Positions 17,748-28,779 of a stretch of 64,000 nucleotides of DNA are shown in pieces. Each line of letters starts with the position of its first letter. Position 1 is the stretch's first letter. The position numbers were made by a program, and so were the translations under genes. The DNA comes from an uncultured Actinomycetota bacterium (lineage in GTDB: Bacteria; Actinomycetota; Actinomycetes; JAHEKZ01). A model generated the notes under the pieces. That model ran no database searches and was not told the origin of the DNA. It saw only the letters and a list, made by a program, of their open reading frames with translations. The stretch covers positions 1,760,001 through 1,824,000 of the forward strand of contig CAWHIJ010000003.1 of assembly GCA_963829525.1 (NCBI GenBank). Direction: 5' to 3'.

Positions 17748-19109
17748 TTACATGCTCTCGATCAGCCGGTCCACTCGCTCGTCGTAAGCCTTGAACGGGT
17801 CCTTGCAGAGCACTGTCCGCTGGGCCTGGTCATTGAGCTTGAGGTGCACCCAGTCGACGGTGAAGTCCCGACGTTTCTCCTGAGCTCGGCGGATGAACTC
17901 TCCTCGCAGCCTCGCACGCGTCGTCTGGGGCGGACGCCCCTTGGCCTCGAAGGTGGCCAGGTCCGGAACCACCTGTTCTACCAAGCCGCGCTTTTCCATC
18001 AGGTAGAAGAGGCCACGGTCTCGACGAATGTCGTGGTAGGCGAGATCGAGCTGGGCGACCCGCGCCGATCCGAGCGAGAGATCGTGCTTGGCTCGATAGC
18101 GCTCGATCATTTGGTACTTGATCACCCAGTCGATCTCGCGCCCCACCGACGACAGGTCACCGGTCTCGACCGCACTCAAGGTCCGCTGCCAGAGGTCGAG
18201 CACCCGCCTGGTGACCGGGTCGTCGATGCCGCGCCGGTCGGCGAAGGCAAGCGCTTTGTCGAAGTACTCGGTCTGGATCTGCAGGGCCGACAGCTCTCGT
18301 CCGTTCACCAGGCGCACCAAGCGGCGCCCCGATGGGTCGTGGCTGATCTCGCGGATGGCCCTGATCGGGTTCTCCAGTGAAAGATCGCGGAGGACGACGC
18401 CGCTCTCGACCATCCGAAGGACCAGATCGGTGGCGCCCACCTTGAGAAGGGTGCTCGGCTGCGCAAGATTCGAGTCACCGACGATGACGTGCAGCCGGCG
18501 GTACTTCTCAGCGTCAGCGTGCGGCTCATCTCGTGTGTTGATGATCGGCCGGGACCGAGTCGTCGCTGACGATACGCCTTCCCAGATGTGCTCAGCGCGT
18601 TGGCTGAGACAGAAGACTGAGCCTCGTGGCGTCTGCAACACCTTCCCGGCACCACAGATCAGCTGACGCGTGACCAGAAACGGGATGAGTACATCGGCGA
18701 GCTTTCCGAACTCGCCTTGCCGGCCCACAAGGAAGTTCTCATGGCACCCGTAGGAGTTGCCGGCTGAGTCCGTGTTGTTCTTGAAAAGGTAGACATCGCC
18801 GGCGATACCCTCTTCGTGCAGGCGTCGCTCAGCGTCGATCAACAGTCCTTCCAGGACCCGCTCCCCTGCCCGGTCGTGGGTGATCAGCTCGGTGAGGGAA
18901 TCGCACTCTGGTGTCGCGTACTCAGGATGCGATCCGACATCGAGGTAAAGTCGCGCGCCGTTCCGAAGGAAGACGTTACTGCTGCGACCCCACGACACGA
19001 CCCGGCGAAAGAGGTAGCGAGCAACCTCGTCAGGTGAGAGCCGACGCTGCCCTCGGAACGTACAGGTGACCCCGTACTCGGTCTCGATCCCGAAGATGCG
19101 CCGGTCCAC
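17748..19109 (-). CDS. pafA: Pup-protein ligase
   Basis: [55 protein letters not shown]. Confidence 0.98.
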   Translation of the reverse strand: MDRRIFGIETEYGVTCTFRGQRRLSPDEVARYLFRRVVSWGRSSNVFLRNGARLYLDVGSHPEYATPECDSLTELITHDRAGERVLEGLLIDAERRLHEEGIAGDVYLFKNNTDSAGNSYGCHENFLVGRQGEFGKLADVLIPFLVTRQLICGAGKVLQTPRGSVFCLSQRAEHIWEGVSSATTRSRPIINTRDEPHADAEKYRRLHVIVGDSNLAQPSTLLKVGATDLVLRMVESGVVLRDLSLENPIRAIREISHDPSGRRLVRLVNGRELSALQIQTEYFDKALAFADRRGIDDPVTRRVLDLWQRTLSAVETGDLSSVGREIDWVIKYQMIERYRAKHDLSLGSARVAQLDLAYHDIRRDRGLFYLMEKRGLVEQVVPDLATFEAKGRPPQTTRARLRGEFIRRAQEKRRDFTVDWVHLKLNDQAQRTVLCKDPFKAYDERVDRLIESM

Positions 19110-19111
19110 GA

Positions 19112-19825
19112 CTACCCACCGCTCGGAACGAGTTCGCCTAACCGATCTGCGGTGAGCCTCTTGAACTTGCGCGACTGCGGACGGGTGCGGTCGAGGATCG
19201 CAACTTCCAGCTGAGCAGGCGTGATCTGACGTGGTTCGCCGTTGTCGCTGTTGGTGCTGTCGCTGGCGAGAGCCTCGATGGCCAATGCAATCGCCGGGGC
19301 AAGCTCGAGGTCTTCTTCGTAGGTGGACTCAAGTGCGGTGCTGATCGCTTCCGCTGACCCACCCATCACCACGTAACCCTGCTCGTCTGCTACCGAACCG
19401 TCGAAGGTGAGCCGGTACATCTGGTCGCCTGTGGCGGCGTCCCCCACCTCAGCGACCACGATCTCCACCTCGTAGGGTTTTGAGGTCTCGGTAAAGATCG
19501 TGCCCAGCGTCTGGGCATACGCGTTGGCGAGGTTTCTCACCGTGACATCGCGGCGATCGAACGAGTAGCCGCGGAGGTCAGCCAACCGGATACCCGCAAC
19601 GCGAAGATTCTCGAACTCGTTGTACTTCCCCACGGCTGCGAAGGCAATCCGGTCGTAGATCTCGCTGACCTTGTGCAGTGCCCTTGACGGGTTCTCCGCC
19701 ACGAAGACGATCCCATCGCGATACTGCAGGACAGCCACCGATCGTCCTCGGGCGATGCCCTTACGCGCGTAGTCCGCCTTGTCCTTGATGATTTGCTCAG
19801 GCGAGACGTAGAACGGAACGGACAC
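19112..19825 (-). CDS. prcA: 20S proteasome alpha subunit
   Basis: [34 protein letters not shown]. Confidence 0.98.
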   Translation of the reverse strand: MSVPFYVSPEQIIKDKADYARKGIARGRSVAVLQYRDGIVFVAENPSRALHKVSEIYDRIAFAAVGKYNEFENLRVAGIRLADLRGYSFDRRDVTVRNLANAYAQTLGTIFTETSKPYEVEIVVAEVGDAATGDQMYRLTFDGSVADEQGYVVMGGSAEAISTALESTYEEDLELAPAIALAIEALASDSTNSDNGEPRQITPAQLEVAILDRTRPQSRKFKRLTADRLGELVPSGG

Positions 19826-19858
19826 TGGCCTTCCTTTCCTGCTGTTGGTTGGAGGGGC

Positions 19859-20713
19859 TTAGGTCAGCGGAGCTGCAGGGCCATCCGGTCGCTCGTTACG
19901 GGCAGAGACCAGAAGTTCGACCACCTCGCCCACTTCGGCGTCAGGCAGGCGTCGGTATCCGTCGGCAGACACGACCGAAACCACCGGGAAAATCCGGCGC
20001 ATGAGGTCAGGTCCTCCGGTGGCGGAGTCGTCATCGGCGGCGTCGTACAGCGCCTGAGCTGCGGCCAAAACTGCGTCGCCTTCTGGCATCTGTCCGCGGT
20101 AGAGCTTCTTGAGTGAGCCGCGCGCGAAGAAACCACCGGAACCGACGGCGTGGAACGAGTGCTCCTCGTACCGTCCGCCGGTCACGTCATAGCTGAAGAT
20201 GCGGCCGCTCGAGGTCTCATGGTCGTAGCCGGCAAAGAGCGGGACCACCGCCAGTCCCTGCATCGCCATTCCGAGGTTGCCCCTGATCATCGTTGCCAGC
20301 CGATTGGCCTTACCGGTGAGCGAGAGAGTGGTTCCTTCAATCTTTTCGTAGTGCTCCAGCTCCACCTGCAGCAGCCGTACCAGTTCGATGGCTAGTCCAG
20401 CCGTACCGGCGATACCCACTGCGCTGTACTCGTCGGCGGGATAGACCTTCTCGATGTCACGCTGGGCGATGATGTTGCCCATCGTTGCTCGGCGGTCACC
20501 GGCCATGACGACACCATTGTCATAGGTCAACGCGACGATCGTGGTGCCGTGCGGGGCGTCAATGTCGGCAGCGGTTCCGGTGCCCGACCCAGCACCACCA
20601 GGCAGAAGCGTGGGGGCGTGATCGGCCAGAAAATCGCTGAACGACGAGCCACCGGCACGCAGGAAGGCGGCGGGTAGCGATGCGGAACGGTCATGATGAG
20701 TCACGGAGGTCAC
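19859..20713 (-). CDS. prcB: 20S proteasome beta subunit
   Basis: Propeptide then PHG|TTIVA catalytic Thr, [17 protein letters not shown]. Confidence 0.98.
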   Translation of the reverse strand: MTSVTHHDRSASLPAAFLRAGGSSFSDFLADHAPTLLPGGAGSGTGTAADIDAPHGTTIVALTYDNGVVMAGDRRATMGNIIAQRDIEKVYPADEYSAVGIAGTAGLAIELVRLLQVELEHYEKIEGTTLSLTGKANRLATMIRGNLGMAMQGLAVVPLFAGYDHETSSGRIFSYDVTGGRYEEHSFHAVGSGGFFARGSLKKLYRGQMPEGDAVLAAAQALYDAADDDSATGGPDLMRRIFPVVSVVSADGYRRLPDAEVGEVVELLVSARNERPDGPAAPLT

Positions 20714-20916
20714 TCACCGCCTTTCTGGACGAAGGCACGGACGAACTCCTCGGCATTCTCCTCCAGAACCTCATCGATCTCATCAAGAATCGCGTCGACG
20801 TCGTCACTGAGAGCCTCATGACGTTCAGAAACGTCGGTCGTCTCGACAGGCGCCTCATCGACCTCTTCGGGACGGCGCTCAGCGTGCTTCTGCCCACCAG
20901 TCTCCTGTGCGCTCAT
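20710..20916 (-). CDS. pup: Prokaryotic ubiquitin-like protein Pup (C-terminal GGE)
   Basis: [25 protein letters not shown]; GGAGG RBS. Confidence 0.98.
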   Translation of the reverse strand: MSAQETGGQKHAERRPEEVDEAPVETTDVSERHEALSDDVDAILDEIDEVLEENAEEFVRAFVQKGGE

Positions 20917-21056
20917 GATCAGAACCTCCACGTCCGCGTCAATACTCAGAACTCGACCCTAGTCGGATCGACCGGTCGCGGCTCGCTCTGAACCTCCGAC
21001 GCGCCCCAAGCTCATCAGCGCAGGTCAGTGGCTCTTCGGTGGCGGATCCTGCGCGG

Positions 21057-22568
21057 TCAGTCGGAGGTCAAGGCATCGACCAGCTCCGCCGCGGTTTGGC
21101 ATCGCTGCAGAAGGCCACCCACGTGGGCACGGGTCCCCCTGAGTGGTTCGAGCATCGGGACACGTTGGAGTGAGGCCCGCCCCGGAACATCGAAGATGAC
21201 CGAGTCCCACGACGCAGCTGCTACGTGCGGCCCGTATCGGCGAACACATTCGCCGCGGAACCAGGCGCGGGTGTCCTCAGGAGGGTGATGGACGGCGTGC
21301 TCAATCTCGGCGTCGGTCAGTATGCGCTCCATCCGCCCCCGGGATGCTAGGCGCTGGTACAAGCCTTTGTCGGGACGCACGTCCGAGTACTGCAGGTCCA
21401 CCAACTGCAGGCGGGCGTCAGACCACGAGAGTCCATCTCGGGACCGGTAGCCCTCCAAGATCTGGCGCTTGGCAATCCAGTCGAGCTGGTTGGACAATCG
21501 TGAGGGATCCTCTTCCAGATCATCGAGCACCTGTGACCAACGCCGCAGGACCTCGCTCGTTCCGTCATCGATGTCGCTGCCCATGCGATCCTCGACGAAC
21601 TTGTGTGCCTGGTCGCAATACTCTCGCTGCAAGTGAACCGCGGTCATGGTGCGCCCATCGCGCAGCTCGACCCGGTGCCGTAGTTCGGGGTCATGAGATA
21701 CCGAGTGAAGTTCGTGCACTGGTCGGGACAGAGCCAGGTCATCGGCGAGGAAACCCTCTTCGATCATCGAGAGCACCAGGGACGTGGTCCCCACCTTCAG
21801 CAGTCCCGCAACCTCAGCGAGGTTGGCATCTCCGATGATGACGTGCAGGCGACGATACTTGTCGGCGTCAGCGTGGGGCTCGTCGCGGGTGTTGATGATC
21901 GGCCTCTTGAGCGTCGTCTCCAAGCCCACCTCCACCTCGAAGAAGTCTGCGCGTTGGCTGATCTGGAATCCGGCTTCGGTGCCCTGCTGACCCAACCCGA
22001 CTCGGCCCTGGCCGCAGATCACCTGTCGAGAGACGAAGAACGGGGTGAGGTGCTTGATGATCTCTGGGAATGGTGTGCTGCGGCGCATCAGGTAGTTCTC
22101 GTGCGTGCCGTAAGAGGAGCCCTTGTTGTCGGTGTTGTTCTTGTAGAGATTTATCGCCGGCGCTCCGGGCACACGGCTGGCGCGGCGGGCCGCTTCGGCC
22201 ATCACCAGCTCACCGGCTTTGTCCCAGGCCAGTACGTCTCGCGGGTTCGTGACCTCGGGGCTGGAGTACTCCGGATGTGCATGGTCGACGTAGAGGCGGG
22301 CGCCGTTCGTGAGGATCACGTTCGCCATCCCGGCATCATCGTCGGTGAGCTGGCTGACGTCTGCCGCCTCCCGTGCCAGGGTGAAGCCGCGTGCATCCCG
22401 AAGTGGGTTCTCTTCCTCGTAGTCCCACCTGGCATGAGAGAGGCCAGGTTCACCGGTGGCGTAGCCGGTCACGATCTGCGACGAGATGAGAACTGGGTTG
22501 GCATGAGCGTCACCCGGCACGGCAATGCCGAACTCGGTCTCGATCCCCATGACCCTTGTCGTCCCCAC
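21057..22568 (-). CDS. dop: Depupylase/deamidase Dop
   Basis: [55 protein letters not shown]. Confidence 0.97.
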   Translation of the reverse strand: MGTTRVMGIETEFGIAVPGDAHANPVLISSQIVTGYATGEPGLSHARWDYEEENPLRDARGFTLAREAADVSQLTDDDAGMANVILTNGARLYVDHAHPEYSSPEVTNPRDVLAWDKAGELVMAEAARRASRVPGAPAINLYKNNTDNKGSSYGTHENYLMRRSTPFPEIIKHLTPFFVSRQVICGQGRVGLGQQGTEAGFQISQRADFFEVEVGLETTLKRPIINTRDEPHADADKYRRLHVIIGDANLAEVAGLLKVGTTSLVLSMIEEGFLADDLALSRPVHELHSVSHDPELRHRVELRDGRTMTAVHLQREYCDQAHKFVEDRMGSDIDDGTSEVLRRWSQVLDDLEEDPSRLSNQLDWIAKRQILEGYRSRDGLSWSDARLQLVDLQYSDVRPDKGLYQRLASRGRMERILTDAEIEHAVHHPPEDTRAWFRGECVRRYGPHVAAASWDSVIFDVPGRASLQRVPMLEPLRGTRAHVGGLLQRCQTAAELVDALTSD

Positions 22569-22637
22569 ATGCACAGCCTAGGTGCCACGGGCGCGAGCCT
22601 CTATGCCGCAGCGCCGCATTCTTCCTAGGATCCCCAT

Positions 22638-23095
22638 GTGGTCGAGCGCTTCGTCTCCTGGCTTCAGGAGACAGCAGACGCGGGCAACGGGTACGCCCGA
22701 ATGCTGCTTGCATCAGCGGCATGCGCAACTGGTCGACCGACAATGCCAAAGGCGTCCAGCTGACAGTGCTGGCAGCGACATACGTCGCGCTGTTCTTCTT
22801 CATGTGGTGGACGCCTCGCTTCCTGCTGGCGCGCCGTCTCAGCTGGCGTCTCGCACTTCCGGCTGCCGCGGTCACTTCGGCCGGACTGATCATCACGGGA
22901 CTGTGGAGCACCATTTGGCTGCCGAAGCTCATCGTCGACAACGCCGAGCGGTACGGGGCTATCGGGATCACCTTCGGAATTTTCACCTGGCTCTACGCGC
23001 TGTCGTTGGCACTCGTCGCAGGAGCTGTAGTCGGTGGGGCCATCGCGGACGCACGACAGGACCGCAAGCCCGCACTTCGTACATTTCCCGCTTAG
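22638..23095 (+). pseudogene. Disrupted YihY/BrkB-like membrane protein gene
   Basis: C-terminal half (LPAAAVT...YGAIGITFGIFTWLY) intact in one frame; a plausible N-terminus (GTG 22638, 6 nt after TAGGAT) lies in another frame; middle apparently missing. Confidence 0.6.
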
Positions 23096-23107
23096 CGTCG
23101 GAAATGG

Positions 23108-24766
23108 CTACAGATACTGACCAGTGTTGGCAACCGACTCGATCGAGCGACCCGCCTCAGTGCCTTGCTTACCCTGGATGAGCGTTCGGATGAAGACGAT
23201 CCGCTCACCCTTCTTACCGCTGATGCGTGCCCAGTCGTCCGGATTGGTGGTGTTCGGCAGGTCTTCGTTCTCCTTGAACTCCTCCAAGCAGGCGGTGAGG
23301 AGGTGCTGGACACGGATGCCTTTGGTGCCGAATGCCAGGAAGTCCTTGATCGCGTACTTCTTGGCACGGGCAACGATGTTCTCGATCATTGCCCCTGAGT
23401 TGAAGTCCTTGAAGTAGAGGACCTCTTTGTCGCCGTTGGCGTACGTGACTTCAAGGAATCTGTTCTCCTCGGTCTCGGTGTACATCCGCTCGACGGCCCG
23501 CTGAATCATCGCTGCGGCCGTTGCCTTGCGATCGCCGCCGTGCTCGGAGATGTCTTCCGGATGCAGCGGAAGGTCAGCGTGCAGGTACTTGCTGAAGATG
23601 TCGCGGGCCGCCTCGGCGTCCGGCCGCTCGATCTTGATCTTCACGTCGAGTCGCCCTGGGCGAAGAATCGCAGGGTCGATCATGTCCTCGCGGTTCGACG
23701 CGCCGATCACGATGACGTTCTCCAAGCCTTCGACGCCATCAATTTCGCTGAGCAGCTGGGGAACGATCGTGTTCTCGACGTCGGAGCTGACCCCAGAGCC
23801 CCTGGTTCGGAAGAGCGAGTCCATCTCGTCGAAGAAGACGATGACGGGGACTCCCTCGCCGGCTTTCTCCCTGGCACGCTGGAAGACCAGTCTGATGTGC
23901 CGCTCGGTCTCTCCCACGTACTTGTTCAGCAGCTCAGGACCCTTGATGTTCAGGAAGAAAGACTTGCCTTCCGGACGGCCAGTGACCTCGGCGACCTTTT
24001 TGGCCAGCGAGTTGGCCACGGCTTTGGCGATGAGTGTCTTGCCGCACCCGGGGGGGCCGTAGAGCAAAATGCCCTTGGGCGGGCGCAAGTCGTGTTCGCG
24101 GAAGAGATCTTGATGGACGTACGGAAGCTCGACGGCGTCCCGGATGAGTTCGATCTGCCCGGCCAAACCGCCGATGCTGGCGTAGTCGATATCAGGCACT
24201 TCCTCGAGCACGAGCTCCTCGACCTCGGCTTTGGGGATCTTCTCGAAGACGTAGCCCGATCGGGGTTCCAGCATCAGGGAGTCGCCAGCACGGATCTGCA
24301 CATCGCTCAGCGTCTCGGCGAGGCGGACAATCCGCTCATCGTCGGTGTGCCCAATGACCAATGCGCGCTCGCCATCGGCCAAGAGCTCTTTGAACATGAC
24401 CACTTCGCCGACCCGCTCAAAACCCATGACGCGCACGATGTTCATCGCCTCGTTCAGCATGACTTCGCGGCCTCGCTGAAGCTCGTCTCGATCGACTTCC
24501 GGGCTGACAGCGACCCTGAGTTTGCGCCCTCCAGTGAAGACGTCGGCCGAGCCATCGTCGAACTGCTCCAGAAAGACCCCGTACCCCGATGGGGGCTGAG
24601 CCAGGCGGTCGATCTCTTCCTTCATCGCGATCAACTGCGCTCGGGCCTCGTGCAAGGTAACGGTGAGGCGGGTGTTGCGCTCCTGCAACGACGCGATCTC
24701 GCGCCTCAGTTCACCAGGGTCGGGCGCGCTGAGTTCGCGCGGTCCGTCCGCTCCGTCGTGCGTCAT
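23108..24766 (-). CDS. arc: Proteasome-associated AAA ATPase ARC/Mpa
   Basis: N-terminal coiled coil, [21 protein letters not shown]-terminal GQYL docking motif. Confidence 0.98.
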   Translation of the reverse strand: MTHDGADGPRELSAPDPGELRREIASLQERNTRLTVTLHEARAQLIAMKEEIDRLAQPPSGYGVFLEQFDDGSADVFTGGRKLRVAVSPEVDRDELQRGREVMLNEAMNIVRVMGFERVGEVVMFKELLADGERALVIGHTDDERIVRLAETLSDVQIRAGDSLMLEPRSGYVFEKIPKAEVEELVLEEVPDIDYASIGGLAGQIELIRDAVELPYVHQDLFREHDLRPPKGILLYGPPGCGKTLIAKAVANSLAKKVAEVTGRPEGKSFFLNIKGPELLNKYVGETERHIRLVFQRAREKAGEGVPVIVFFDEMDSLFRTRGSGVSSDVENTIVPQLLSEIDGVEGLENVIVIGASNREDMIDPAILRPGRLDVKIKIERPDAEAARDIFSKYLHADLPLHPEDISEHGGDRKATAAAMIQRAVERMYTETEENRFLEVTYANGDKEVLYFKDFNSGAMIENIVARAKKYAIKDFLAFGTKGIRVQHLLTACLEEFKENEDLPNTTNPDDWARISGKKGERIVFIRTLIQGKQGTEAGRSIESVANTGQYL

Positions 24767-24917
24767 GGCGCACCTCCGCCTCGGTCCAACAGGTCGTGCC
24801 AGGCCGTCGGCACAACTTCTTCTGACCCTAACCCTCGGCAGGTCGTCGCGAGACCTGGACAGAATCCGGCGTGTCGAGTCGCTTACTTTCTGTAACCGCG
24901 AGGGCGCGAGGCCGAGG

Positions 24918-25814
<897 letters not shown>

Positions 25815-26987
25815 TCAGGCAAGGGGCACATCACGTTTTGACTGGCCGGTGGTCAGCGCCCTCTTGACGTCGGAGGTGACCAGAACACCGTAGACGGTCC
25901 CTTGCCCGTCCCTCACCAGGTGCACGGCGGCAGGGACGGCGTTAAGGGCGTCAATGAGGTCTTGGCCGGATGCGTCCGGCCTCACCTGGCCCACGCCAGA
26001 TACCGTCACCGCCACCGAAGAGACCGGAACCCAAGCGCGCCGATCCTCCGGTATGGCAAGCGCTGCCTCCGGGTGAACCACCCCAGCCACGTCTCCATTT
26101 GCGTCCGTGACCACGAGTGTTGCGCCTCCCGGGGCTGAGAGCTGAAGGGCGGTCGCCAGCGGGGTGTCATGTGGGACGAAGACCGCTGAACGAACAAGGT
26201 CAGAGACCTTCAACTCGGGGATGGCGCGAGAGACCAAAGCGGCTTTGAGCGACCGACTCGCCTCGATCCAGACGAAGCCGGCAAGCAGGAGACCCCAGGA
26301 GAGCCAGACGATGTCGGGACGCCCGAGCACGCTTGGCAGCACCGCCAGAATTGCCACGATGACGGCGAATGCTCGGCCGGTCCATCCTGCGACCATCGTG
26401 CCGATGTGCTCGCGACCAGACGCGGCCCAGACGACGTCACGTAGAAGGCGACCGCCGTCGAGCGGAAGGGCTGGGACCAGGTTGAGCAGCCCGACAACGA
26501 GGTTGGCTGCCATCAACTGCCACGTTACAAATGCGAAGACGGTTCCCTGTGGAGCAACCAGGTAGCCCAGCCAGGCCAGCCCCCCGACCAAGAGTGACGT
26601 CAGCGGCCCGACAACAGCGATCGTGAAGTCAACCCAGGGACGCCGAGTCTCGGCGTCCATCTTGGTGACTCCACCGAGAAGGTGGATCGTCATGGAGCGG
26701 ACTCGCAGCCCGAAGTGCTGAGCCATGACCGCATGGGCCATCTCGTGGGCTAAGACTGACAGTCCGAGAAGTACCGCAAATGAGGCGCCAACCACGAGCG
26801 TCCACGGCGACTCGAGCGGCAGCCATCGTTCGACGACGGGCGCAAAGACCCAGGCAATGATTGCTGCCCCGAGAAACCAAGAAGCCGAGAGACGCAAGGG
26901 AACGCCGAACGGGGTGCCAAGGGAGATTCCCGAAAGCCGCTCTGTGACCTGCGGGCGGGCGGGCGGCTGCGGTGCGTCGGTCACCAT
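25815..26987 (-). CDS. Site-2 protease (M50) with C-terminal CBS-like domains (Rip3-like)
   Basis: HEMAH, NLVPALPLDGG, multiple TM segments. Confidence 0.9.
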   Translation of the reverse strand: MVTDAPQPPARPQVTERLSGISLGTPFGVPLRLSASWFLGAAIIAWVFAPVVERWLPLESPWTLVVGASFAVLLGLSVLAHEMAHAVMAQHFGLRVRSMTIHLLGGVTKMDAETRRPWVDFTIAVVGPLTSLLVGGLAWLGYLVAPQGTVFAFVTWQLMAANLVVGLLNLVPALPLDGGRLLRDVVWAASGREHIGTMVAGWTGRAFAVIVAILAVLPSVLGRPDIVWLSWGLLLAGFVWIEASRSLKAALVSRAIPELKVSDLVRSAVFVPHDTPLATALQLSAPGGATLVVTDANGDVAGVVHPEAALAIPEDRRAWVPVSSVAVTVSGVGQVRPDASGQDLIDALNAVPAAVHLVRDGQGTVYGVLVTSDVKRALTTGQSKRDVPLA

Positions 26988-27020
26988 CTGACTCTACGGG
27001 GAGCCATTATCGACCGCACC

Positions 27021-27042
27021 GGTCAGTGGCGGCCTCTACTCT
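27021..27042 (+). promoter_or_regulatory. RecA-NDp / PafBC-type promoter motif (variant)
   Basis: GGTCAG-tggcggcctc(N10)-TA-ctc-T, ATG at 27050. Confidence 0.55.
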
Positions 27043-27102
27043 TCGGAGCATGACGTCATCGGTGGGCACACCCGGCCCCGTCGGCCCAAGCAGCCCTGGC
27101 AG

Positions 27103-27951
27103 CTGCGTGTCGGTTCGCTGAGCCCGTCAAGAGCCGGCGACTTCATGACGTGCCCACTGCTCTACCGGTTTCGGGTGGTCGACCGACTGCCCGAGCCCCC
27201 CAGCAAGGCAGCGACACGGGGCACCGTCGTCCACGCCGTGCTCGAGCAGCTCTTTGACCTGCCGAGAGGAGCCCGCTCGCTTGAGGCAGCGACAGCCTTG
27301 GTGCCATCGGTGTGGCAAGAGGTTCTGGGCGCAGATGAACAGCTCGCAGAGCACTTCACCGGTGACGACGGAACCCTTGCCACCGAGTGGCTCGACGGCA
27401 CCGAGGCGCTGCTCGCCACCTACTTCGACCTGGAGGACCCCACTCGCCTCGAGCCAGCCGACCGCGAGCTGGCACTGTCGGTCGAGCTGGAGGGCGGACT
27501 GGTGCTCCGTGGGTACGTCGACCGCCTCGACGTCGCTCCCGACGGTGCCATGCGGGTCGTTGACTACAAGACCGGTCGCGCCCCTGGTGTCGCCTTCCAG
27601 CAGAAGGCGTTGTTCCAGATGCGTTTCTACGCACTCGCTCTCTGGCGGCAACGGGGCGAGGTCCCGCGACTCCTCCAACTGATCTACCTGGGAGACGGTC
27701 AGGTCGTCCGGTACCAGCCTGATGAAGACGACCTGACCGCGATGGAGCGCAAGGTACTGGCGCTGGCCGCTGCCATCCGCCGGGCGACCGAGACCGGTGA
27801 GTGGCGGCCAAACCCAAGCCGTCTGTGCGACTGGTGCGCTCACCGATCGCTCTGCCCAGCGTGGGGCGGCACTCCTCCCCCGCTGCCTCAACCTTCGATA
27901 ACTCCCCCTGAGCCAGCTTCAGGGGCGGTCCTCAGGGCCAGATCGGGGTGA
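27103..27951 (+). CDS. RecB-family PD-(D/E)XK exonuclease (Rv2119-like); start uncertain (likely ATG 27050 via frameshift; first in-frame ATG is 27145)
   Basis: SLSPSRAGDFMTCPLLYRFR upstream of ATG 27145, RGTVVH, GYVDRLD, VVDYKTG, QMRFYA, CDWC...CP. Confidence 0.88.
   Translation: MRVGSLSPSRAGDFMTCPLLYRFRVVDRLPEPPSKAATRGTVVHAVLEQLFDLPRGARSLEAATALVPSVWQEVLGADEQLAEHFTGDDGTLATEWLDGTEALLATYFDLEDPTRLEPADRELALSVELEGGLVLRGYVDRLDVAPDGAMRVVDYKTGRAPGVAFQQKALFQMRFYALALWRQRGEVPRLLQLIYLGDGQVVRYQPDEDDLTAMERKVLALAAAIRRATETGEWRPNPSRLCDWCAHRSLCPAWGGTPPPLPQPSITPPEPASGAVLRARSG
27906..27948 (+). promoter_or_regulatory. TCAGGG/CCCTGA repeat array upstream of ABC exporter
   Basis: CCCTGA 27906, TCAGGG 27919 and 27932, TCGGGG 27943; TAGGGT -10 at 27982. 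Confidence 0.4.
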
Positions 27952-28017
27952 GCACCGAGGAAGCGATGGCCAGTCAGCCTCTAGGGTGAGTCAGACCCCA
28001 CAGGAGGAATCCCCCAC

Positions 28018-28776
28018 ATGTCAGTCGAGAGCACCACAACGGCAGCAGCACGCGCGGATACGCTCAGCAAGATCTACGGCACCGGCGAAGCCGAGGTTCG
28101 CGCCTTGGACGGCGTCTCGGTCACCTTCGCCAAGGGGCGGTTCACAGCCATCATGGGCCCCAGTGGCTCGGGCAAGTCAACCCTCATGCACGTCTGCGCC
28201 GGGCTCGATGACGCCACCTCGGGAACAGTCTCCATCGGCGACACCAACCTGACGAGCCTCGGCGACTCCGACCTGACCCGGCTCCGCCGCGACCGGGTGG
28301 GCTTTATCTTTCAGTCTTTCAATCTGGTCCCCACGCTCACAGCGCTGGAGAACATCACTCTGCCGCTCGACATCGCTGGCCGTAAGCCCGACCAGGAGTG
28401 GCTCGACAAGATCATCGACATGGTGGGCATGCGCGATCGGCTGAACAACAAACCGAGCCAGCTGTCCGGGGGGCAGCAGCAACGCGTTGCTGCTGCCCGG
28501 GCCCTCGTAACCCGGCCTGAGATCATCTTCGCGGACGAGCCGACCGGCAACCTCGACTCGCGTGCCGGAGTCGAGGTTCTCTCGTTCCTCCGCGACAGCG
28601 CTGACACCTACGGTCAGACCGTGGTGATGGTCACTCACGACCCCACTGCCGCCTCCTTCGCTCATCGGGTGATCTTCTTGGCCGACGGGCGGATCGTCGA
28701 CGACATGGACGACCCCTCAGCAGATCGCGTCCTCGAACGCATGAAGGGCTTTGACGCGAAAGGCCGGAGGTCGTAG
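28018..28776 (+). CDS. ABC transporter ATP-binding protein (LolD/MacB-like)
   Basis: [32 protein letters not shown]; AGGAGG RBS. Confidence 0.95.
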   Translation: MSVESTTTAAARADTLSKIYGTGEAEVRALDGVSVTFAKGRFTAIMGPSGSGKSTLMHVCAGLDDATSGTVSIGDTNLTSLGDSDLTRLRRDRVGFIFQSFNLVPTLTALENITLPLDIAGRKPDQEWLDKIIDMVGMRDRLNNKPSQLSGGQQQRVAAARALVTRPEIIFADEPTGNLDSRAGVEVLSFLRDSADTYGQTVVMVTHDPTAASFAHRVIFLADGRIVDDMDDPSADRVLERMKGFDAKGRRS

Positions 28777-28779
28777 TCG

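Noticed and set aside
23540-24895. Long antisense ORFs (451 aa opposite arc; also 17520-18380, 21693-22628, 28662-29783, 33026-33988, 36311-37234)
   Set aside because: Shadow ORFs opposite well-conserved genes, expected in high-GC DNA; no motifs
27103-27951. Cas4 / CRISPR adaptation
   Set aside because: Solo RecB-like nuclease in its usual position near trmI/arc; no repeat-spacer array
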